From assembly GCF_964355755.1 (NCBI RefSeq), contig NC_092677.1:2006101-2070100 (forward strand): 64,000 bases of DNA. Direction: 5' to 3'. Below the pieces are notes generated by a model. That model made no database searches. It was not told the DNA's origin and saw nothing but the letters and a program-made list of their open reading frames with translations. Shown here in pieces: positions 39,223-49,419 of this stretch. Made by a program: the position numbers and the translations under genes. Numbering within the stretch: position 1 is the first letter of the stretch; the number at the start of each line of letters is the position of its first letter. Origin of the DNA: Antedon mediterranea. Taxonomy: Eukaryota; Animalia; Echinodermata.

Positions 39223-39337
39223 GTACGAGTGAGCAGCCAATCGCATGCAGCTGAAACTAGTCAACCGGATAATCGTATGCACCAAGAATTCTTGGTGTCA
39301 AACCACGTGACTTGTGCGTGTTTCCCCAGGACGGAGT

Positions 39338-42300
39338 GAGGTATATTCAGAGCGTCATTTCGACGATCGAGCATTCTCTACTTCTACGGAGCGCCATTTA
39401 TGCCTTTATTTACTTCCGAATTAGAAATAGTACTACGGTAACTGCTCCAGTGGACCAAATTCAGCACCGGTGGAGCACAGTGATATAAAATAGAAATAAG
39501 TCACTAATTTTAATATCTTTTCGTATGTAAATACACTGTGCTCAAGTGGACACAATTTGGCGCCAGTGAGGAGCACAGTGATACAAAATAGAAATAAGTC
39601 ACTGAATTTTAATATTATTTCGTATGTTAATAACACTGTGCTCAAGTGGACCCAATTTGGAGCCAGGGGAGCACAATAATAGAAATAAATCACTGAATTT
39701 TAATATCTTTTCGTATGTTAATACACTGTGCTCAAGTGGACCCAATTTGGAGCCAGGAGAGCACAGTGATATAAAATAGAAATAAGTCAATGATTTTTAG
39801 TATCTTTTCGTATGTTAATACACTGTGCTCAAGTGGACCCAATTTGGAGCCAGGGGAGCACAGGAAGAGTGATATAAAATAGAAATAAGTCACTGAATTT
39901 TAATATCTTTTCGTATGTTAATACACTGTTCTCAAGTGGACCCAATTTGGAGCCAGCGGAGCACAGTGATATAAAATAGAAAAAAGTCACTGAATTTTAA
40001 TATCTTTTCGTATGTTAATACACCGTGCTCAAGTGGACCCAATTTGGAGCCAGTGGAGCACAGTGATATAAAATATAAATAAGTCACTGAATTTGAATAT
40101 CTTTTCGTATGTTAATACACTGTGCTCAAGTGGACCCAATTTGGAGCCAGAGGAGCACAGTGATATAAAATAGAAAAAAGTCACTGAATTTTAATATCTT
40201 TTCGTATGTTAATACACTGTGCTCAAGTGGACCCAATTTGGAGCCAGTGGAGCACAGTGATATAAAATAGAAAAATGTCACTGAATTTTAATATCTTTTC
40301 GTATGTTAATACACCGTGCTCAAGTGGACCCAATTTGGAGCCAGTGGAGCACAGTGATATAAAATAGAAATAAGTCACTGAATTTTAATATCTTTTCGTA
40401 TGTTAATACACTGTGCTCACGTGGACCCAATTTGGCGCGCGCGCCGCGCCAGTGAGCACACAGTGATATAAAATAGAAAAAAAGTCACTAAATTATAATA
40501 TCTTTTCGTATTTTAATACACTGTGCTCAAGTGGACCCAATTTGGCACCAATGGGAGCACAGGAAAATAGTCACATACAAAAACATCGAGAAAAAATACT
40601 TCTGGAATTTAAAAATATTTCAAACTTGGTATATTTGTTCAATATCGGTTACTCCATCCGTAAACCAAAAGAAAAAAATAGTTTCAAGCCACATCAGTGA
40701 TTTTAATAACTTGCGTTTGCTTAAGATAATACTTACGAAAAAAAACATACAATTCCGACACATATGTTAAACTCTAATAATGATTTTAACAAAAAAAAAC
40801 CCGGTTAGGAATTCGATTTTTCCCTGTAAATTGAGCAACTTAAATTTAAAATATATCAAGAAATATATATTGAAATTAAGGAGTGTTTTTTGTTTACAAA
40901 AGAAATGTTCGTATGTTAATACACTGTGCTCCAGTGGATCCAATTTGGCGCCAGTGGAGCACAGGGAAATAGTCACATACAAAAACATCAAGAAAAAATA
41001 CTTCTGGATTTCAAAAATATTTCAAACTTGGTATATAAGTTCAATATCGGTTACTCCATCCGTAATGCAAAAGAAAAATTAGTTTCAAGCCATATCAGTG
41101 ATTTTAGTAATTTTCGTTCGTTTAAAATGTATATTTATGATAGAACATAGAATTCCAACAAATTTTTTAAACTTTAAATTTTGATCGTCATAAAATAATT
41201 GTCCTACACATTTGAAATTTGGTAGTATACGTTCAATAGGTTACTACACGTTCAATATGTTACTACATAATTCATATTTTTAACATAATGTCTTTTTTTT
41301 AATCGCTAAAGTTTAAAAAAATGTGTTGGAATTGTATGTTCTTTCATAAGTATTTTTCTTAGACAAACGCAAGTTACTAAAATCACTGATAAGGCTTGAA
41401 ACTAATTTTTCTTTTGCATTACGGATGGAGTAACCGATATTTAACTTATATACCAAGTTTGAAATATTTTTGAATTCGATAAATATTTTTTCTAGAAGTT
41501 TTTGTATGTGACTATTTCCCTGTGCTCCACTGGCGCCAAATTGGATCCACTGGAGCACAGTGTATTAACATACGAGCATTTCTTTTGAAAAAAAAAATAC
41601 TCCTTGATTTCAATATATATTTCTTGGTATATTTTAATTTAAGTTGCTCAATTTACAGGGAAAAAATCGAATTCCTAACCGTTTTTTTTTTTTTTGTCAA
41701 AATCATTATTAGAGTTTAACATAATATGTGTCGGAATTGTATGTTTTTCCATAAATATTATCTTAAGCGAACGCACGTTATTAAAATCACTGATGTGGCT
41801 TGTAACTATTTTTTCTTTTGGTTTACGGATGGAGTAACCGATATCGAACATATATACCAAGTTTGAAATATTTTTTAATTCCAGAAGTATTTTTTCTCGA
41901 TGTTTTTGTATGTGACTATTTCCCTGTGCTCCCATTGGTGCCAAATTGGGTCCACTTGAGCACAGTGTATTAACATACGAAAAGATATTAAAATTTAGTG
42001 ACTTTTTTTCTATTTTATATTACTGTGCTCACTGGCGCGCGCGCCAAATTGGGTCCACGTAAGCACAGTGTATTAACATACGAAAAGATATTAAAATTCA
42101 GTGACTTATTTCTATTTTATATCACAGTGCTCCCCTGGCTCCAAATCGGGTCCACTTGAGCATAGTGTATATTAAATACGAAAAGATATTAAAATTCAGT
42201 GACTTTTTCTATTTTATATCACTGTGCTCCACTGGCGCCAATTTGGGTCCACTTGAGCACAGTGTATTAACATACGAAAATATATTAACATTCAATGACT

Positions 42301-44396
42301 TATTTCTATTTTATATCACTGTGCTCTCCTGGCGCCAAATTGGGTCCACTTGAGCACAGTGTATTAACATACGAAAAGATATTAAAATTTAGTGACTTTT
42401 TTTCTATTTTATATTACTGTGCTCACTGGCGCGCGCGCCAACTTGGGTCCACGTAAGCACAGTGTATTAACATACGAAAAGATATTAAAATTCAGTGACT
42501 TATTTCTATTTTATATCACAGTGCTCCCCTGCCTCCAAATTGTGTCCACTTGAGCACAGTGTATTAACATACGAAAAGATATTAAAATTTAGTGACTTAT
42601 TTCTATTTCATATCACTGTGCTCCACTGGCTCCAAATTGGGTCCACTTGAGCACAGTGTATTAACATACGAAAAGATATTAAAATTTAGTGACTTATTTC
42701 TATTTTATATCACTGTGCTCCCCTAGCTCCAAATTGGGTTGGGTCCACTTGAGCACAGTGTATTAACATACGAAAAGATATTAAAATTCAGTGACTTATT
42801 TCTATTTTATATCACTGTGCTCCCCTGGCTCCAAATTGGGTCCACTTGAGCACAGTGTATTAACATACGAAAAGATATTAAAATTCAGTGACTTATTTCT
42901 ATTTTATATCACAGTGCTCCCCTGGCTCCAAATCGGGTCCACTTGAGCATAGTGTATATTAAATACGAAAAGATATTAAAATTCAGTGACTTTTTCCATT
43001 TTATATCACTGTGCTCCACTGGCGCCAAATTGGGTCCACTTGAGCACAGTGTATTAACATACGAAAAGATATTAAAATTCAGTGACTTATTTCTATTTTA
43101 TATCACTGTGCTCCCCTGGCTCCAAATTGGGTCCACTTGAGCACAGTGTATTAACATACGAAAAGATATTAAAATTCAGTGACTTTTTCCATTTTATATC
43201 ACTGTGCTCCACTGGCGCCAAATTGGGTCCACTTGAGCACAGTGTATTAACATACGAAAAGATATTAAAATTCAGTGACTTATTTCTATTTTATATTACT
43301 GTGCTCCCCTGGCTCCAAATTGGGTCCACTTGAGCACAGTGTATTAACATACGAAAAGATATTAAAATTTAGTGACTTTTTTCTATTTTATATTACTGTG
43401 CTCACTACTGGCGCGCGCGCCAACTTGGGTCCACGTAAGCACAGTGTATTAACATACGAAAAGATATTAAAATTCAGTGACTTATTTCTATTTTATATCA
43501 CAGTGCTCCCCTGGCTCCAAATCGGGTCCACTTGAGCATAGTGTATATTAAATACGAAAAGATATTAAAATTCAGTGACTTTTTCCATTTTATATCACTG
43601 TGCTCCACTGGCGCCAAATTGGGTCCACTTGAGCACAGTGTATTAACATACGAAAATATATTAACATTCAATGACTTATTTCTATTTTAGATCACTGTGC
43701 TCTCCTGGCGCCAAATTGGGTCCACTTGAGCACAGTGTATTAACATACAAAAAGATATTAAAATTCAGTGACTTTTTTCTATTTTATATCACTGTGCTCC
43801 ACTGGCTCCAAATTGGGTCCACTTGAGCACAGTGTATTAACATACAAAAAGATATTAAAATTCAGTGACTTTTTTCTATTTTATATCACTGTGCTCGTCT
43901 GGCTCCAAATTGTGTCCACTTGAGCACAGTGTATTAACATACGAAAAGATATTAAAATTTAGTGACTTATTTCTATTTTATATCACTGTGCTCCACTGGC
44001 TCCAAATTGGGTCCACTTGAGCACAGTGTTTTAACATACGAAAAGATATTAAAATTCAGTGACTTATTTCTATTTTATATCACTGTGCTCCCCTGGCTCC
44101 AAATTGGGTCCACTTGAGCACAGTGTATTAACATACGAAAAGATATTAAAATTCAGTGACTTATTTCTATTTTATATCACTGTGCTCCTCACTGGCGCCA
44201 AATTGTGTCCACTTGAGCACAGTGTATTAACATACGAAAAGAATATTAAAATTAGTGACTTATTTCTATTTTATATCACTAGTGCTAAATTTGGTCCACT
44301 GGAGCAGCTACATTTCGTAAGTAAATAAAGGCATAAATGGCACTCCGTAGAAGTAGAGAATGCTCGATCGTCGAAATGACGCTCTGAATATACCTC
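39338..44396. mobile_element. 5-kb foldback element: inverted arms of 97-bp tandem units
   Basis: TIR GAGGTATATTCAGAGCGTCATTTCGACGATCGAGC...; TSD ACGGAGT at 39331-39337 and 44397-44403. About 11 units on the left (about 39450-40560) and about 24 inverted units on the right (about 41925-44300), inner about 400-bp units, spacer at about 41180-41310. Confidence 0.92.
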
Positions 44397-46951
44397 ACGG
44401 AGTATCCAAAATCAAGTAGTATACGTATGAAACGCTATATGTGCCAAAATATTTATCTTTTTACTAATATTAAGACAAAACTCCGTCTGGAACCCAGACT
44501 ATGTAAACAACATGTATTGAGTTCCAAAAAAAAAAATACAAAATGGAGTTTGGTTGAATTATTATTATTATTCCTCAACAGTCAACGGTTTGATTTTATC
44601 TCTATTGTCAAAACTTGGTTGTCCTTGGATACTATTCTTCCCGTGAGTATGCCTTCAACCCACATCGTATTTCGGAGGGATCGTTCTAACAGGGGTGGTG
44701 GTATTCTCACTGTAGTACATACCTCTCTTGCACCAATTCGTCTAAATGACCTTGAACCTGACGATCTTGAGCTGATATGGGTGATGTGCAGTGGTCACAA
44801 ATGTAAGTGGCTAATTGGCACCATATACCGTCCTCCGTCATCCACAGTTGCATACTGGGAGAAACTCCAAGTTGCATTAACCCACATCGAACACAAGATT
44901 CACGACGTCACAGTGGTATCATCCTGCTTGGAGATCTTAACATCGACTGGTTGGTGAACACATCTGGCAAACGTCATTTAGTTGATATAACGGAAACATA
45001 TGGACTTGTTCAATTAGTCCCAACGTTCACTCGACCTTCATTGGATGATCCAACAGAAGGAACTCTTATTGATCACTTCTACATGAATCCGTCTGACAGT
45101 CTTTCGTTAATACAAACCGCAGAAAATCCACTTGAATCTGACCACTTTGCTGTCGAATACAAATTTCAAATGCGAAAAGCTCAACCTGAACCAGCAGTAA
45201 AGGCAGTTTTTGTCTTATGCGAATGCTGACACTATTCATCTTAACCAGTTATTGCACCTTGCCCCGTGGTGTATGGTGATTGACCATCAAGACATTAACT
45301 CATCTTGGGAAGGCTGCCTGGACCTACTAGAGGCCGCGGTTAGAGACAGTGTCCCAGTGGTGATACGCAAGAAATCCAAGAACAAACCATGGATTACGAT
45401 CGACATCTTACGGCTAGCCAACAAGAAACGAGCTCTGTTTAGAAAGTTTGTGAAGACTCAATCAATGGACATTTGTTGGACTAAATATAAACAAATTAGA
45501 AATGATTTAAAATGCAAGACCAAAAGAGCGTATTATAATTATGTAAATAAGTTGTTTTCATCTCCTGACAACAAACGTAGATTCTGGGGACATGTCAGAA
45601 TGAAACGTAAATCTTCTTGTGCTAGTGTTTTCATGCTTGATGGAACACAAATTGAAAAGCCGGAAGATATCGCTCAGTGCTTTCAAAATGTCTTTTCGTC
45701 CGTTTTTAATTATTCTGAGAATATTCCAGATACTCCTTTACCTTGTTTATATCCACTACCAACCTTATCTAATGTTTATTTTTCTGTTTCACAAATCACT
45801 AGCATGTTGCAGAAGCTTAAAACAAACAAGGCTGCAGGCCCAGACAACTTGTCTCACAAGCTTCTCCAGCTCTGTGCCCCGACATTTGCCTCAGTTCTTT
45901 ACGAGTTGTTTAAAATTTCTATTTCATCAGGTTGTGTGCCAGAAGGTTGGAAGAGGGCACATGTCACCCCTATCTATCTTTAAGAAAGGAGTGACTGCCG
46001 ATTTTAACAACTACCGCCCGGTGGCTTTAACATATATTGTGGGTAAATTGCTGGAGAGGCTTGTGGTGCAAGCACTTCTAAAACATGCTACTGACAATTG
46101 CTTGTTTATCGAAAACGAACATGGGTTTTTACCTAATAAATCATGTACCACGCAACTTGCAACTATTATCCATGACTGGTCCTCTATTTTAGATAAAAGA
46201 TCTCCACCCCATATTGATGCCATTTTTTTAGATATCTCGAAGGCCTTTGACCGGATGCCTTATGACATTCTCCTCAATAAGATTTTCCAGCAATTTAACA
46301 TTACTGGTGGTATATGGTACTGGTTAAAGTCTTTTTTAATTAAAAGATACCAAAAGGTTCAATTTCTGGGTGGAGGTAACCAGTGGGGTACCTCAAGGCA
46401 GTGTACTCGGTCCCATTCTTTTTAACTTTTTTTATTAACAATATTATTTGTTCACTTAAATGTAAAACTGCTATTTTTGCTGACGATACTCTTATTTATA
46501 ATGCAATTAACTCTCCTCAGGATTCTCTAAACCTTCAAGCTGATCTGGACCGACTTGGTCTGTGGAGCCAACCATATCGCATGCCTTTCAATGTTATGAA
46601 GACGAATGTCCTGCATGTCACACGTTCGCGTAACAGACAGTTGTCTAAATACCTTTTGTTTGGCTCTCATATTAGTCCGGTGACATCTTTTAAATAACTT
46701 GGTGTTACTTTTAACTCAAAATTGACCTGGGATGACCATGTCCATGTCATTGTTTCCAAAGCTAAACGTATGTTGGGCTTTGTTTGGAGTGTGGCTGGAC
46801 ATGCTTCGACCAGTGCATTTTTGTCTTTGTACAAAAGTCTTATTTTTCCCGGTCTAGAGTATGCGCAACCTGCTTGGTTTCCATGGACGAAGTCTTTGTC
46901 AGATCAGCTTGAGGGGGTACATAGGAGAGCAACTCGTCTTGCTCTCAAACA

Positions 46952-48566
46952 CGTATCCGGATATTCACCCCCTGGACATTTACCCCCCGGACAACTACCC
47001 CCCGGACAACCACCACCTGGACCACTACCCCCTTAGGACAACTACCCCTTTAGGACAACTACCCCCCGGACAAATACCCCCCGGACAACTACCCCCTTAG
47101 GACAACAACCCCCTTAGGACAACTACCCCCTGGACAACTACCCCCCGGACAATTACCCCCTAGGAACAATTACCCCCCGGACAATTACCACCCGGACAAT
47201 TACCACCCGGATAATTACCACCCAGAAAACTATCCCTTTAGAACACCCTAACCACCCAGACCATTCAACAACCTGACTCTGCAACAGTGTATAATAGGAT
47301 TTAATAACTATATTTTAATTCGTTACTTTGACGAATTACTATTCATTATTGTAAACAAAAGTAAAAGATTGAACATAAATATAGCCTGGTATAAACTGAA
47401 GATTGTCACACATGATCATAGGATAGTCGAACGTATTATAGTACTCCCTGTATTTACTGTAAATACTGGGTTCGCTAATAATAATACTGTAATAATAATT
47501 TTTGCGTCAGGACAATGCTTCGATAACCACTGGTCTTAAAAGAATTAATTTTTGTCTCAAATTTGTCATATATGTATTTTTGTACACTTGAAGAATAATA
47601 TCACTTTTGATATTTGACCTCAATGTTCACTCACCGAATAAACGTCGATCTTTAAATAAATTCCCCTCAAATAAACGGTGACCATGTCACTCCCATGAAA
47701 CATCATATGGAATAATCGGCGTCTATTTCCATTAGATTATACCCCCTCCCATTGAATAAACAACTTTCTTCCAATAAATGTCCCGAGACCCGAGACCAGA
47801 GACCAGAGACCCGAGACCCAATACGAAAAGGGAGACCTAAATATACGAAAAGGGAGACCCACGTACGAAAAGGGAGACCCCACTATACGAAAAGGGAGAC
47901 CCCCACTATACGAAAAGGGAGACCCTAATATACGAAAAGGGAGACCTAAATATACGAAAAGGGAGACCCAATTATACGAAAGGGAGACCCAAATATACAA
48001 AATGGGAGACCCAAAAATATACGAAAAGGGAGACCCACTAAAAGAAAAGGGAAACCCACTATAAGAAAAGGGAGACCCCACTATACGAAAAGAGAGACCA
48101 CGCTATACGAAAAGGGAGACCCTAATATAGGTCTCCCTTTTCGTATTGGGTCTCGTTTCAGGTCTCTGGTCTCGGGTCTCTAGTTTCGAAACACCCGTTA
48201 AAAACAGATGATTTCATTTTTACAGAAACCGGTCCTATATATTTGTCTACTTTTGGATGGGGAGGGGGGTAGTTGACCGGGGGGTAGATGACCGGGGGGT
48301 AGTTGACCGGGGGGGTAGTTGACCGGGGGGTAGTTACCCGGGGGTAGTTATCCTAAGGGGGTAGTTGTCCTAAGGGGGTGGTTGTCCGGGGGGTAGTTGT
48401 CCGGGGGGTTGTTATCCTAAGGGGGTAGTTGTCCTAAGGGGGTAGTTGTCCGGGGGGTAGTTGTCCGGGGGGTAGTTGTCCGGGGGGTAGTTGTCCTAAG
48501 GGGGTAGTTGTCCGGGTGGTAAACATCCGGGGGGTAACTGTCTAGGGGGTAGGTGTCCTAGAACCC
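46952..48566. mobile_element. Non-autonomous TIR element with GGACAACTACCCCC subterminal arrays (MULE-like)
   Basis: About 15-bp GGACAACTACCCCCC repeats at 46975-47240 and their inverse at 48265-48560; no clean TSD seen. Confidence 0.75.
47782..48196. repeat. Asymmetric mini-foldback of about 21-bp ATACGAAAAGGGAGACCC units
   Basis: About 15 units at 47820-48128, then the inverted GGTCTCCCTTTTCGTATTGGGTCTC...GGTCTCTGGTCTCGGGTCTC. Confidence 0.8.
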
Positions 48567-48635
48567 TTATTATATTTCGTTTTAAGGTTCTGGTGGGGTT
48601 TCTGGACTGCAGCACAGTTCATGACTGTAGGCGAA

Positions 48636-49419
48636 TAACGTTATGTCTAAAGATACGGTACCGTATCCATACTTTTAAAAACTAAAGGTACGGTAATTAT
48701 AGAGGGCGCTATGTAATGTGGATGTTAATCAAATAGGTTATTGCATTGGTGTTCTGCAAGCCAGCTGTGTAGCCTAGTGGGCATGTGATGAGGCTTTGGC
48801 TGGGGGTTCGATATTCTTCTTGACGTCTTTTTTTTTATTTATTTTTTTTAGTTTTTAATTTAAGAGAGATTATTTAGAGGGTTAGGTTTTTAATATTTAG
48901 GAAGGAGTTTAATATTTAGGAAGGAGTTTAATATTTAGGAAGGAGTTTAATATTTAGGAAGGAGTTTAATATTTAGGAAGGAGTTTAATATTTAGGAAGG
49001 AGTTTAATATTTAGGAACGAGTTTAATATTTAGGAAGGAGTAATATTTAGGAACGAGTTTAATATTTAGGAACGAGTTTAATATTTAGGAACGAGTTTAA
49101 TATTTAGGAACGAGTTTAATATTTAGGAACGAGTTTAATATTTAGAAACGAGTTTAATATTTAGGAACGAGTTTAATATTTAGGAACGAGTTTAATATTT
49201 AGGAACGAGTTTAATATTTAGGAACGAGTTTTATATTTAGGAACGAGTTTTATATTTAGGAACGAGTTTTATATTTAGGAACGAGTTTTATATTTAGGTA
49301 CGAGTTTTAGGAATGCAATTTTACCGTACTTTTAGCAAACGGAAGCGCCCTCTATAATTACCGTATCTTTAGTTTTTAAAAGCATGGATACGGTACCGTA
49401 TCTTTAGCAACGGCGTTTT
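48636..49419. mobile_element. TIR element (about 65-bp TIR) enclosing a degenerate tRNA-like segment and a 19-bp tandem array
   Basis: CTAAAGATACGGTACCGTATCCAT...TATAGAGGGCGCT mirrored at 49344-49407; TTTAATATTTAGGAA(G/C)GAG about 22 times at 48890-49305. Confidence 0.8.

Larger units (their letters stand above)
37158..44501. mobile_element. TAG..CTA non-autonomous element with 10-bp TSD and terminal hairpins (AcademH-like)
   Basis: TSD TGTAAACAAC at 37148-37157 and 44502-44511; ends TAGACTTG-CCC-CAAGTCT and GTCTGG-AAC-CCAGACTA; about 1 kb once the two nested elements are removed. Confidence 0.75.

Noticed and set aside
39450-44300. CRISPR-like array (regular hairpin repeats)
   Set aside because: Whole 97-bp units repeat with no unique spacers; the context is eukaryotic, there are no cas genes, and the array is bounded by TIRs and a TSD.
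39433-44328. Many ORFs such as LGPLEHSVLTYEKILKF
   Set aside because: Translations of the tandem repeat in shifting frames; 97 is not a multiple of 3.
46950-47240. Proline-rich or collagen-like coding (PPGQLPPGQ)
   Set aside because: Produced by 15-bp subterminal repeats of a TIR element, mirrored at 48265-48560.
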